Made by a program: the position numbers and the translations under genes. The notes beneath the pieces are model-generated. The model ran no database searches and was not told the DNA's origin. It saw only the letters and a program-made list of their open reading frames with translations. DNA of 64,000 nucleotides from Mobula birostris. Its lineage: Eukaryota. This document shows positions 36,201-50,179 of the stretch, in pieces. Position 1 is the stretch's first letter. Each line of letters begins with the position of its first letter. The stretch lies in contig NC_092379.1 of assembly GCF_030028105.1 (NCBI RefSeq), positions 24,731,821-24,795,820 on the forward strand, read 5' to 3'.

Positions 36201-39151
36201 AAGTCCTCGGGTTATGATGGGTTTAACTCAGAGTGGTACAAGTCCCTGAAGACACAGTTAGCCCCATTACTACTTAACACCTTTAATTGGATCTTGCAGA
36301 GAGGAGAAATTGCACCTTCCTGGAGAGAAGCGATTATTTCAGTTATTCCTAAAGAGGGTAAAGATAAACTAGAATGTGGCAATTATCGGCCAATTAGTGT
36401 TCTTAACTTAGATTACAAACTATTTACATCTATATTAGCGCGCAGATTGGAAAAGCTTTTACCTGGCCTAATCCACTTAGACCAGACTGGATTTATTCAA
36501 CAAAGACAAACACAGGACAACAGAAGGAGAACTCTGCACATATTAGAACAGGTTAATAAGAACGAGACAGAGACAATGGTAGTAGGATTGGACGCTGAGA
36601 AAGCTTTCGATTCGATTAGTTGGGCATTCCTATACAGAGTGTTAGGAAGATTCGGCTTTCAAGAAAAGTTTATTAAAGTAATTCAGACTTTATAGGACAG
36701 CCCTACAGCCCGAATTAAGATAAATGGGGACCTCTCTGACTCCTTCATCTTAGAGAGAGGCACTAGACAGGGATGCCAATTTCTCCTCTCCTTTTTGCGC
36801 TATATATTGAACCGCTTGCCCAACTAATAAGACAGAGCAAAATCGTAAAAAGTATCAAGGTGGCAGGGATTGAACAGAAAGTGGCGTTATTCGCAGATTA
36901 TGTTTTGGTCTATCTGAGTGAACCAGAAAAATCATTTATAGGATTGTTTACACTGTTGGATGTCTTTGGGAAGATATCAAGTTATAAAATAAATGTAAAG
37001 AAAACGCAGGTTATGTCCCTAAATTATACACCATCCAAAAAATTGCAGGATACATATGATCTTACGTGAGAAGCTAAACCATTAAAGTATTTAGGAATAA
37101 CCCTGCCGAAGGATCTTTCAACACTGTCACAGGTAAATTATGGGCCATTAATCTCAGAGATAAAAGCAGATATGCATAGATGGAATCTTATCCCCTTTTT
37201 AAGTTTAAATTCAAGGATAAATACTATAAAAATGAATATTCTTCCTCGGTTATTGTATCTTTTCCGTACTTTACCGGTGGAGGTGGATGATAATCAATTC
37301 AGGGAATGGGACAAATGGATTTCCCGCTTCATTTGGCAAGGAAAGAAACCTAGAATTCGATATAACACCTTACAGTTAGGGAAGGAAGGAGGAGGTATGG
37401 TTCTTCCTTGCCTGAGAAATTATTTTTATGCCTCACAGATAACCCCTCTGTTATATTGGTGTAATAGGGAATATAAGGCTCGATGGAAGGAAATAGAATT
37501 TGGATTAGTTGACAGTTTTCCTCTTCAGGCCTCAATAGCTGACAAAGGATTGATGGCCCAGTTGGAAAAATCTAAAAACGCTTGGATAAATCTTACATTA
37601 AAAGTATGGCAGAAGGTGGTTAATTCATGTGGAATTAATAACATGTTAAAACTCTTTAGATGGTGTGCATATGATACCGAATTCCTTCCCAACAGAGGAG
37701 ATAAAAGATTTGAGCTATGGATAAAGAATGGTCTTACAACCTATCTCTCATTTGTAGATAAAAGAGTATTACAAAGTTTCCAAATCCTGCAGGACAAACA
37801 TGGCCTAGAACATAGTGACTTTTTTAGGTACCTTCAAATACGAAACTATGTTAACCAGAGTTGTAGATATACAGACCTATCAACAGTAGAATTAGATTTT
37901 TTCAAGATTCTGAATTCGGCTTGCAGTTCAATACCTAGTAAATCAGTTTCTCGATTATATAATGCACTCTCCCATGCTAAAAATGTAAATACACTGTATA
38001 TTAAAGAGAAGTGGGAGAAAGAAGCGGGGTTGGTACTTTCAGAGGAGGCTTGGGAGAAAATCTGCAGCTTTCAATGGTCCTCGACTAATTCTTTGACTTG
38101 GAGAGAACATTGTTGGAAAAACATTATAAAATACTTCAAGACCCCATATCAGGAAAAATATAAAGATACGAATATGATGTGTTGGAGATGGTGCGGCTCC
38201 AAGGAGGCAAATTATGTTCATATTTTTTGGGATTGCCCTAAATTAAGTCTATTTTGGGAAGGTATTCATAGAACATTAGTTAAGGTACTTAGGTCCCAGA
38301 TACCTCTGAACTTTGAGACGCTCTATTTGGGGCATGTTTTGTTTCTTGAACAGATGGAAGATATAAAGTTGCTGCAGGCCCTCTTAGCGGCAAGAAATCA
38401 ATCACTAGAAAATGGCTAAATCCAATACCACCTACATTAGACGATTGGTACGAAATTATCTTGGAAATATTTAAAATGGAAAAGTTGACTTACTCCCTGA
38501 GAACTCAAATAGAAAAAAAATTATCAAATCTGGAATAAATGGATTGAATATATAACCCCAATGCGAGCAGACTTCAGATGACTCTCCTAATGATTTATAC
38601 TGCTCTTCTCATTAACACAGTAATATTGCTAACGTAAGCACCTCTAGTCTAAATGTTTGTTTTTTTGTTTTGTTTTGTTTTCTTTTGGAAAATAGAGAAT
38701 TAACACAAGTAAAGGGAAAGATTTGGGAAAGGGATAAAAAAAAAAGAAAAAAAATTAAGTAAATAAGTACATAGGGATTGGATTATTATGTCTGCGGGCA
38801 GGAGCAAGCATGAACAAATTAGGATATAAACACCTACAATGGTTGATACATAGGCTTATATACAACATTTTGGACCAGTGGAAATGGTCCAGAAGGGTTA
38901 TATGGAAACTATTATTACCATTTTTCTTAACAACTAATTCTATTACTTAGCCTAATAGGTTAGATTTACCACAGTACATAATTATCTACTTAAATGTTTA
39001 TTTTCCTTTTATATCATCTCAATGTGTACTTAAGAATGTATAAATAATTGTAGTTTTATACATATAAAAAATGGAAAAGGTTATATGTGTGAAAAAAGTA
39101 CATGATATTTGTGAATTCCTTATACAAATAAAAATAAAATTAAAAAAAAAA
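33290..39151 (+). mobile_element. Full-length L1 LINE with 15-bp TSD; ORF1 33426-34413, ORF2 34778-38581, both disrupted
   Basis: TSD gaaatttggttgaac (33275-33289) / gaaattttgttgaac (39152-39166); ORF1 coiled coil with EGRSKRENVRIYGVPE; ORF2 EN (FLQETH, GGDFN), RT (LDAEKAFD, LFADY), Cys motif CWRWC..HIFWDC; AATAAA plus poly-A. Confidence 0.95.
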
Positions 39152-39239
39152 GAAATTTTGTTGAACAGTGCCACAACAACGAGCTGATGTTCATGCTAAG
39201 GATCCCAGAGTCCATGAGAAAGTCCTCATTAGTGAATCC

Positions 39240-40060
39240 AAGGTAGGTAGCTATACACACAAAATGCTTCAAGAACACCGCAGTCCAGGGGGCATCTATG
39301 AAAAAAAAAACATAAAATAATGCTCGAAGATCTCATCAAGCCAGGCAGCATCTATGAAATAAAACGTACTCGGCGTCTCAGGCCGAAATCCTTCGGAGGG
39401 GCTGAAGATAAAAAAAAAGAGCTGCTGAGTATAATTGAAAGATACGGGGATGGAAAAAAAAACAGCAGGCGATAGGTGAAACTTGGATGGGACGGATGAA
39501 GCAAAGAGCTAGGAAGTTGACTACTGAAAGAATTCGAAACCCCTTTAAGAAAGTACAAGGTGGGTGGCATGGCGAAGCACCAGGTGGAGGAGATGGCGGG
39601 CAAGGAGATACCAGGGCAGGGGTAAAAGACGATGGAAAATGATGAAGAGCAGCGGGGGTAAGCTATTACTGCAATTTTGATAAGTCGATGTTCATGCCAT
39701 AAGATTGGAGGCTAGCCAAAAGGAATGTAAAGTGTTGTTCCTCCAAGCTAAGTGTGGCCAGGTCACGACAGCTGAGGAGTCCATGAATGCACATATCGGA
39801 ATGTGAATGTGAAGTGGAGTTAAAGTGGACGGCCATTGGGAGACATTGCACCTGTGCGTCTGTTGTGGTCATATACTCCCGGTGTGGCCTCATGTATATC
39901 GGTGAGTCCCGATGTAGATTGGGAGACTGATTTGTCGAACACCTAAGCTTCGTTCGCCAGTACAAGCGGCATCTGCTAGGTCTGTGAGCGTTGAGGTCGG
40001 GAAATAGAGGAGATGCAAGTGAGGCAAAATCGTTAGTAGACGTACGGGAACTGTTTACTT
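39240..40060 (-). mobile_element. Penelope-like element 3' part (GIY-YIG endonuclease region) with an internal inverted piece
   Basis: AVHFNSTSHSHSDM..LEEQHF..GMNIDLS on minus; LMYIGESRCRLGD*FVEHL on plus at about 39860-39970. Confidence 0.7.
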
Positions 40061-40249
40061 GAATAAGGAGAAAATGTTTCTGTTCTGTAATGGAAAGTCT
40101 CATCCGTGGAGCAAATGCGGAGGAACTTGGTAAAGTAAATATATAATTTTATAAGCAACAGCGTGGTAAATGTACAGAAAAGATGGCTGCTAGTCCAGTA
40201 GGTTTAGGAAAGGTGTATGTAGAGAACATTTCTACACTGTTCTGGTCGG

Positions 40250-40850
40250 GGCACAGAGATGGAGAAAGTGCAAAGTCGGCAGACAGGAATATTCCAGTTC
40301 GCATTGAATCCAGACCTCAGCCACATCTATGATCCACATAAGGACACTCCCAGTCTGTAGCAGCAACACCTCATATATTGTCCAGATTGCCTCTATACTC
40401 ACGGGTGAACTTTGATTTCTATATTTCTTCATTCTCCTGCTTCTTTCTCTATTCCAGTCAGCACTCCAACTCCAGCCTTACATCTTCTCTTCTCTTAACG
40501 TGGTCATCACCACTCTCTGGTGACCTGGCTCGTCCTCTACTCCCATGGTTCACTGACATCTCCTATCAGATTAATTTGTCTTCCGCCCTTTTCGACTTTT
40601 CCTCATCTCTTCGCGGCTGTTCACTTAATTTTCCTTTCCTCATCCCCACCTTCAACTTTGTGTCGTTTAACGTTTCAACTGTCATATTGCACGCCTTCTC
40701 TTCACACACCATGTGCATCTGGCCTATTCGTCCTTCCTTTCCGCGCCTAGTGAAATACGACGTCCCGAAATATCAACTGTTTCTTCCTCTCCATAGCTGC
40801 TGCTCAAACCGCTGACTTCCCCACGCACTTGGAGTGTGGTCCTCTGGATT
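40250..40850 (+). mobile_element. Decayed Penelope-like 3' fragment
   Basis: Similar to the reverse complement of 39240-39860 and 46585-47005. Confidence 0.55.
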
Positions 40851-42399
40851 TGTAGCCTATGAAGTATGTCGTGGATATTTGATAATAAATTTGCCTTTGA
40901 CATTAATCTCCTCTGTGTCGAATACGAGAAATGAATACGACCTCTAAGACCACAGGGTGACTGAGAGGATGTGTTGCGGGTCTTGTTCACAGGACGCTGT
41001 TACGAGCGGTAGCTTGCACAATGGTTTGCCAAGTGAGATATAACAGAAAAAAAAAAATCGATTAAGCACATTATCTACGACAAAGTGCAAAGCATTCTTC
41101 CAAATATCTAAATCACCCTAATTTGAACACATTGCAACACTTAATAGTTTGTTACACTTTAAACCCAACAGATACTTCCTAAATTCTCCCTATGTGCACA
41201 ACTAAAAAGCCAAATATTCAGCAGACATTTAGGTAAGTTTGTGCAAGGCCTTTCTGTATCCGGGGCATCCTTTTGCAGTGCTACTTAAACACTATTCAGG
41301 ACGTTAATGTGAAGGTGAGCCCGTGATCAGAAAGTAAAGCGAGCGATTCTCTTTCACGTGCTATTCTTGTACCCCCGAGTCACCATGCACCGAACACTAC
41401 TGCCGTAGTAAGCAGGGAAACCAAAGGAAAGTATGTGCTGCGAAGATCTAAATGATAAATCAAGCAACAACCAGCACAGTAGAAGCGGGTTTAAACCGCC
41501 AAGTAAACTAGTCTTTCACGTTACAGTTCCTGCATAAACTTGAAAGATACACAGAAGTGATGATCTCATACTGGTAGCAATTGAATGTCGCTCGATGCTG
41601 ATACATAGTGCACTCGACTGACGTAGTCCTGAGAATCATACTGAGACTGTGGGAAAGCATGAGCTATTTGATGAATTCCATATCCAAATATAAAACGTAG
41701 ATACATTATTTCAAAATCAACGCAGAAGCCTATTTCCTCCTCTACCTCGAATGCATTGCCCGAAATGGTGGTTGAGGATAATGAAAGATATACATTGGAA
41801 TTCTTCTGTATAAGGTTTTCCCATCCTGGTTTCCACAGTCCCCTTGATGAATGGTGTTGTTCTATGGTACAAAGAAGGGCAAGTGCCCCTGTTCTAAATA
41901 GTCGCATTCTTTAAAAATGGAAGGTTATCGGCAAAATTGCGTAGTGTGAATGCTGAAAAGGATGAGACCATTAAGTGCCTTGAATTCTTCTCGGCATTAG
42001 TGTCATCTGAGCGTCACCTCGAATTTCCATTCACAAATTCATAGGTTAGATTTATCAGTTGCACTTCAAGAGTATGTTTTAATTGCCTTGAATATATTCA
42101 AATAACTGTTCATCTGAGTCTGAAAAGAGCTTTTTCTACAGATTCTGGACTCTTGTGTATACATACCAGAAAAAAAAAAAATAAAATGTGCACTCCTTTC
42201 CAAACCGAACGACTACAAATAAATTTACATAATACATGGCGATGCTACATCTCCATGTATGAATACGATAGCATTTTTGAAACAGATTCAATATTATTTT
42301 TGTTCACATCCCCTGCCTCCGTGTTTCGTTGGTGGGTACTGGACAATTCAAAGCAAAATGTTGGTATTGACATGACGAAAATAAAATGATATTATATGT

Positions 42400-45300
42400 A
42401 TTATTTGTATTTATCGTTCTGTGAATCCAACAACAGCCAAAACTGAAACCTTTCTACCTCTGCACTCCAAAATAATACAAAACAGACACGTAGAGTGCAC
42501 ATCAAGCGAACTAACGTGTTTTCTCTTTGTATTCCCTCTGGTGGTTTGGTGTTTCGAACTCTACCAGGTTAGATTAAGTACCTTCTATGTAGTAAATTTA
42601 CATAAAGAAGTCAGTGATCATAATTTGACAGAAGTATAGTCATCTTTTGAATGTAACTGGAAATATTTTCCTAATGTTTGTTACATTCAATGTGGTCGTG
42701 ATGTTGGGGAGAGAAAGACAATCCTGGATTTGTTTTTTTGTGGAATGAGATAGATTTGATGAAAAACAGAAGATAAATCCAATATTAGTAGGCAGTGATA
42801 ACAATATCACAAGATTGACCCAGCAATTTCAAAGTGAGAGCATGATATTGATGCATGTCTATCAGTAAATCTAATTGCAAATGCAACAGAGAAGAACATT
42901 CCATGTTTAATGATAAGAATATGACAGTACAGCAGCAATGCTTAAGTAAGTAAAAAGTAGCAGTGACAAAGGAGAATTGGTGATCTTCAACAAGGACAAC
43001 CACACGGCATAACATCAAGATGGGAGACCAAATATTATAGAGAATGTGCCAGCATTCATAGAATATTGGTTAGCTGGCTAGAGTCAAAAGCAAGATTTAT
43101 TCTGGTTGGCGGTGTGAAAATGGCTGTTTAGCAAGGGTGTCTGTTGGGTCTGCAACTTTTCATGTTATTTACAACAGAATAGAGTTTTTTTGTTTGTTTG
43201 TTTTTGTTTTGCCGAGGTTGCGATGATGCAAATATAGGTGAGGTGTTAGTTACTGCTGGGGAAGCAGTGAGCAGGGAGCATTCACAGGAGCAAGGACATA
43301 ATGACAATGGACATAGAAGTGACAGATGTAAAACGCAGTAGCAAGCTATATGGCCATGTAGTTTGATCGCAGGAACAAAGTAATTGATTATATTCTAAAT
43401 TGGGAGGTAATTCTGAAATTTGAGGTGAAAGCAAGCTTGATGGTAGTCGTGCATGAATCGGTTACAGATAATTAAGGATTGAGTCCGTATCAAATAAGAC
43501 AAAAAAATTGCCATGAGTTAAATAGACAAACAGGGATGCAGTGATGTGTATTTGTAAGGAGTATATCGCATTACATTTGAAGTTTTGCATTGTTTTGTGC
43601 ACAATATCCAATAGAAGGTTCTGCTGGTTTTGAATGGAGAAAAGTAGATACTCATGAGAATAACCCCGGAGATGAAATAGTTATCTTATGTGGAGCATGT
43701 TATGGCTCGCTGGAGAAGAACAATGTTACCAATATCATTGTAACATAACGCACATAAAATAGACTGAGTACAGGAGACGTGCGGAGGTTACTTCCAGCAG
43801 CAGGAAAGTGGAGCCTCAGAGAGTTAGACCTTCAGAAAAAAAAAAGACATCTCGTAGATTAAATTGGAAATTTATTTGCAGATTGTGAATGTCGTGTATT
43901 CCTTGCCACAGATAATTGCGGAGCATCTGAACAATACATTTCATGCAGAGGTAACTATTTCCTTAAATCGTAACTGTTTCACACTTTAAAGGGACACGCC
44001 AGGAGACTACAGTTGAGGTATTATAATATATACAATATGTTCAAGTGTCATGGACAATGTTGGAAGATCAGAGAGGCCAATTCTTCTCCCGTGGTCTTAT
44101 GGTCAGCTCTTCTACATACGTCTAAAATGCGCTTTATCACACTTTCATAGTCATTAGATCGAGGGAGAGCCTCCCACACACAAATCGACAATAATCCAAT
44201 ATACTCGATAAATATTGAGGGCTGAGCTTATTAACACGCAGGTTTTGTGTGGAAATTGTGAGTTGCAGAGGGTTCATTTTGAATTGAATACTTATTTGTG
44301 GCTGAGTTCAATGGTTTTGAGGTACTGGAGGAAAGGGAAGGTGTGAATATTTATAGAGCTCTTAACCGGCGATGTGTTGCTTAGTATATTTTGCTGTTTC
44401 ATCATTCACTGTCTGAAGCAGTCGGTAACAGGTGCAGTAATCAGCAGCACAGAAATGCAACCGTGCCAAAATCAGAAGGACTCAAGGAGCCTCGTAGCAT
44501 TCATCGCGAAGATGACCAGGTATGGATTACACGGGACATTGGAAGAGGGCATTCAGAATTCTCCTGCCGCCGAAAGGCGATGTGCGGCATTAGATATAAC
44601 TTATTACGCCCCGATTTAAGGACTTAGCGATGTCCCTTCGGTAAATGCTTCGAGATCCTCATACTTTCTGACATTATAAATTACATTGTGATTTGTGTAA
44701 TGACTTGGATGTGAAAGTAGAAAAGTATCATAAAGGTTGATGGAATTTTGTACCCAGAAGACACTATATTTCAGCGGGATATAACCAGGATGTAAATGTT
44801 GGTGGAAAAAATGAGAAATTACTTTTCAAATGGACAATAAAAATGTTTAATAACGAACATTGGAAGAGCGTACTTCAAGTCTGAGAACAAGGTAATTAAG
44901 AGGATTCTCAGCAGTGCAGAGATACAGAGGAATCTCAGCATCTACGTCAGTACATTCATCAGTGCTGCCACGCAAGTGTATTTAACAAATAATATGGTGT
45001 GCTATCTTTCATTTGACGGGATATTAATTTTAGAAGTCGTGAGAAGATCCAATAGCTCTGCAAAGATATGGTTATGCAACACTATGATAATTCTGCTAAT
45101 TTCTGCCCGCCTCATCAATGAGAAGATGTCGAGGGTTCAGTGAGAGAGCTCGGAGGATTTTCCATGCGGCATCATAGATTAGGGTTATGTCTTAAGTGGA
45201 ATTTTTGAACAAACTGGAGCTTTTCAATTTGGAGTGACGCTGTTGGCCAGTCAAATTTAATAGAAGTGTCCAAGATTATGAAATGCATAGATACGATTTT

Positions 45301-46250
45301 TTTTCCCAGGGTAGCAAGGACAAACACAGTAATTATTCCGTTTATGATGACTAGACGGAAATTTAGCACAGATATTAGAAGTAGTGTTTTCTTTATTTTT
45401 TTACACACTGACTGGTGGGTGCCTGAAAATCCATGCCGGAGATTGCAGAAGATTCCGGGGGATATTTAGGAAAAACAGACTATTATATAGACATAATGTC
45501 CGCAATAATTTGAGGTTGGTTGTCTTTATATGAGGGTATGTTTGGATAGATAGTTTAGTTGTTCTAAAATAGTTGTCACAGCAACGTGTGACGGAGAGTC
45601 TACAGTATATTCTCCGGTTTCATATTCTTTGTTTTATGTTCCATGAGATGGAGAACGGCAGATGGTAAGCCTGCTCTGTTCCATATTAATATCATGTCAA
45701 TATCATTTCAAAACTCGATTACTATGTTCCCAGCAATCTTGGCATAATATCGGTTACATATCATAATTATAATATTTGGAAAAAATTCCGTTTAATATTC
45801 TAATAATAATATAATCAATAGACCCATAATATTGGGATTTTGAGAGACTCCTGGATAGTTACATGAGTTAGAAAAAAACAGAAGGCTGTGGGTACCTCTA
45901 GGGAATTTCCAAACTAAGGACATGTTTTGCCGGCCTGTATTGTGCTCTACGTTTTCTATGTTTCTAATACTCTTCAAGAAAACGTACGTAATTGTCTCGA
46001 ACATATTCAAGTAATTGGTCTAAATGTAAGATGGAATAGATGCAATCCCATGGATGCATGGTCTCGCCGAGAAAGATACTAGGGGGCATATTTCAATAAT
46101 TTGTTCTAAAAACAAAATTTGTTGGTTTTGTTCTGAACGAATGGTTCGAAATAAATTTACGTTACACATGGCCTGTTACATATACCCAGATATAATCTGG
46201 ACAATATTTTTGAATCAAACTGCGTATTCTAAGTTTGTTCATGATACAAT
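42400..46250. repeat. Segmental duplicate of the cassette downstream flank with no V-D-J-V cassette attached
   Basis: Colinear blocks match 1620-2600, 60-570, 2600-3480, 22110-23900 and 52150-53900; no V, D, J or RSS follows at 46250. Confidence 0.75.
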
Positions 46251-46584
46251 AATGTGATACCGGAGGAGTGGATCGGTGGAATTATGCTCGGGTTCAATTG
46301 AAGCCGAATTATGCACTACCTATTTATTGTGTCAGAGAAGAGTAATAGAAAGGATCTGTGGGGAATTCTACGTAACAGCTGGAGAATAAAATAAGCAAAT
46401 ACAGGTATTTGTTTCATGCTAAGCAGTTTCTCAGTGTGTTTATCGCTAGGTGTTCATATTCTAAGTAGCAATCACCTTTATAAGCATATTTGTATTCGTA
46501 ATCTCTGTTGGCATATTGTGGCGCTAAGGGTTAGGATCGATATCCCATCCCAGCATTCTTAGTGGCTAGCACTATTTATTGTTA

Positions 46585-47005
46585 CACACGTAAAAATTGC
46601 TGGTAAACGCAGCAGTCCAGGCAGCATCTATAGGAAGAGATGCAGTCGAGGTTTCGGGCCGAGACCCTTCATAAGTACTAACTCAAAGAAGAGAGAATAA
46701 GGGATTCGAAAGTGGGAGGGTGAGTGGGAGATCCAAAATGATAGGAGAATACAGGCGGGGGAGGGATGCAGCTAAGAGCTGGAATGTTGATTGGCAAAAG
46801 GGATATGAGATGATCATGGGACGGGAGGCCTAAGGAGAAAGAAGGAGTGGGGGGAGAGAGCCCAGAGGATGGGCAAGGGGTATTCTGAGAAGGAAAGAGG
46901 GAGACAAAGGAGAGAGGGAAAAATGAATAATAAATAAATAAATAAATAAATAAATAAACAAATAAATAAATAAGGGATGGGGTACAAGGGGAGGTGGGGC
47001 ATTAA
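46585..47005 (-). mobile_element. Penelope-like terminal fragment containing an (ATAA)n tract
   Basis: Same terminal sequence as 39240-39700 (gcagcatctat...tttcgggccgagacccttc). Confidence 0.65.
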
Positions 47006-47359
47006 CATGATGTCATGAGCATTGACTTCTCTAACTTCCGTTAAAAATAATAAACGTGTGCAATAGCGAACATTAGAAGATTGTACTTAAAGTCTGAGTA
47101 CAAGGCAATTAAGAGGATTCGCAACGGCTTAGAGGTATAGAGAAATCTCGACATCTACGTCAGTAGATTCATCATTGCTGCCACGTATGTGTATTTAACA
47201 TATAATATGGTGTGCTATCTTTCATTTGACGGGATATTGATTTTAAAAGCGGGGAGAAGATCCTATAGCTCTGCAAATAATGGTTATTCAACACTCTGAT
47301 AATTTTGCAAATTTCTGTCCGCCTCATCAATGAGACGATGCCGAAGGTTGAGTGAGAAA

Positions 47360-47550
47360 GCGACAATCGGCAATCGCCTCGGATCTGGGCCTATATTTAC
47401 GTGCCGGGCGGGACCTAATTAACTAGCTTGTTTATTTCGTTTTTTTTTTTTCTTAAGGATATGCTGTGTGCGTTCCGACTACCGCTGCACCACTGCATTC
47501 TTTGCGGCAATGTATCGGTCCGCGGCCCGGAGGTTTGAGACCACTGCTGT
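47360..47550. mobile_element. hAT-Charlie-like non-autonomous DNA transposon end
   Basis: Terminus reads CAGTGGTCTCAAACCTCCGGGCCGCGGACC on minus; second end not identified. Confidence 0.45.
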
Positions 47551-48079
47551 AGTTTATCTGTAGTTGGAATCGCTGTATTTGTTAAATGAGTTGCTCTTGC
47601 GTTTCTACCCTGTATTATTATATCCGAACCATAAATATGCATTTGCCTGACGCCGGCCCCCTAGGCCTGAGTCGACGTATTAGTAGTAATAAATATGGAT
47701 TGTCCTTTTTCTAACAGCGTGTAATATAATTTGTGATATTCTGACACTAACACTGGATCAAGGTGAACTCTAATACGGGATCAAGCTTATATATTTTTTT
47801 GGTATGGTATGATTTTTTAAATGAGTTTTTACTTTAAAACAAGATATTGATGGATATTGTTTGCCACTTGATTGTACCTGTGTAAGTAGTCAAATTTTGT
47901 TAAACTGCTATAGTTGAATTTTCTCCAGTTACCCAATCTTCATGTTTATATATACTGGAAATTGTGTTACAATTGAATTAATTATTAATATGTTTTGTTC
48001 CCCTAAGCTAAAGCCTGTAAAATCTAAGGTGCAGCCGTACCAATGCACGCTCATTTGTCAATTACGAGAGACTATTCTG

Positions 48080-48520
48080 GAATAAGAATCCGAATCCTTT
48101 ATTATCGCCAAGCAGGTGGGCACATACAGGAAATTTGCTGCCGGTTTCCCTGAGCTCTCGCTGTACAGAATCAAAAAGCAAACAAAACAATAGTGCAAAT
48201 AATCGTGAACTATATACAATGAGGTATACCTGTGTATGTACAGGTGAACTTGGTTTACAATAGACTAAAATTCAAGTGTTCACAAGACTGATGGCATACG
48301 GAAAGAGACTGTTCTTGTACCTAATTGTCACGGCATACAGTGATCTAAAGCGCTTACCAGAAGGATGGAGTTGGAATACTTGATGTCCAGGGTGTGATGG
48401 GTCTGCCATGATGCTGCTTGATGACTTCCTGACTCTAGATGCACATAAGTCCTGGATCGAGAGCATCTTCACACCAATAGATATGGTTAGTGTTGTGGCT
48501 TTCTGAAGATTCACACAAAT
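48080..48520 (-). mobile_element. Rex/Babar-type LINE 3' fragment
   Basis: SIMADPSHPGHQVFQLHPSGKRFRSL..KNSLFPYAISLVN (ORF 48272..48514). Confidence 0.78.
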
Positions 48521-50179
48521 GTTACTGTGTAGCGCAAGTTCCTTAATATTTTACGTACCGCCTTTCAGACTGTCATCACTTGTAGGTATTGCTATTGGCA
48601 CAATGTATATCTGGTTCATGTTCCAAAGCCTTTCAATTTCGTCTTTGAATTTCGCATTTTCCTTGTGCTTTTGCTAATTGGTTTTTGTAAGTTATTGCCA
48701 AATGCACCAGAGCATTACCTGGTTCAGTTACATTTTAGACCAGCATTTTGGAGAGAAAGACATTAGAAAACAAAAATGTTTGCAATGGCGTTACCTGAGC
48801 TCAAAGAGAGAAAACTGGTAGCACCGCAGCCACGACTGTGGACATTAGGTTTCCGAAATCCTCATATGTCCCTTATTTGCTTCCCATTTGGAATTCACAT
48901 TTTAGCTTCACATGTTTGGAAATCATTATATTTTTATCTGCAGTATTCCATTCCCAACTACAGCCTCGTGACGCTCAACGTCCAACCGTAGGTTTGGCAT
49001 GACAACTATCAACAGCAAATTCAATGCTCATACCCGCACCACAAACGCAGTTCCATGAGGAAAACAAGATCAACAAATAAGTGAAGAAAATTAAGTTCGC
49101 TAAAGATACGATTTGTCGATGCCTCTGGAGATAGAAACTTGCCCAAATGGAAGACGAGTTGTTCTTAAGGCTTCTTTGCGACAGCATTGTAATAATGCAT
49201 AATACCAGCACAGACTGAAAGTAGAATATAAACAAAAAAAAAAAAAAAATACGTGTAGCGATAAGCGTGTGGGAACTTCTGAGTTTTGAGTGCAGTTGCC
49301 CTGACTTCGTTGTCACTAACTATTTTTAAGTTTCTCACAAAGGCAAAGCGACCGTGCCGTGAACAGTGATAGTTGTGCGTTGTATTAATACAAGAAAAAC
49401 AAAAAAAAAACTGCATAAAAACACGGCATACGAATCATTACTTCACCGGGAAAATCAACGTGTGCCCTAGATAATGCAAATAGAAGAAGCCAAGGTGTTG
49501 GTGTTTCATCTCTTGTTCCTATATAGAAAGTGATGCAGGTGGGGAATATCATCGCTGCTGCTGCATCTTTGTGCCCTCTGAATAATTCATGCTTTCGATC
49601 GTGACCAAATATCAATTGAGCATGCACGTGAATCAGCTACAAAGTGAAGGAGGTATGCGGATGATACGCAGGAGCAGGAGGTCCCGAGACTGACGTGGAA
49701 GCGGACGCTGCTGAGTCCACATGAATTCATGGGCTAAATTTCGAGGAATCAAAAAAAAAACGGTATATTATGGCAGCGACTCAAACGCAGGGCACGGTGT
49801 GAGACTCTAAAATTATAGCAACGTGACAATCACGGAATATACTGGTGCATCTCCCGGACTCACAGAAAAATTATCTTTTCCAATATTCATTAATTTCTGT
49901 AGGGGCCCTTTGCCGCCAATCAAATCGTTGATTGTTTTCCAATGTTTCTTTCAAGCAAAGACAGTGCTAAATACTGACAGCAAGACAAGCTGTTGAATCT
50001 ATAGCAAACAACTCTTAAGTGTGTATACATTCTCACTCAACCTCAGACACTACAACCTAGCAGTAGCAAGACATCGTACATCTCGTAGCTTTGGAGTTCG
50101 AAAGAAAATTCTGGCATCTTCTTTTACAAGATAGTACGTTTCCTTCCATGTGCGTGAAGATTTCCACCGAGGGCTCCGT

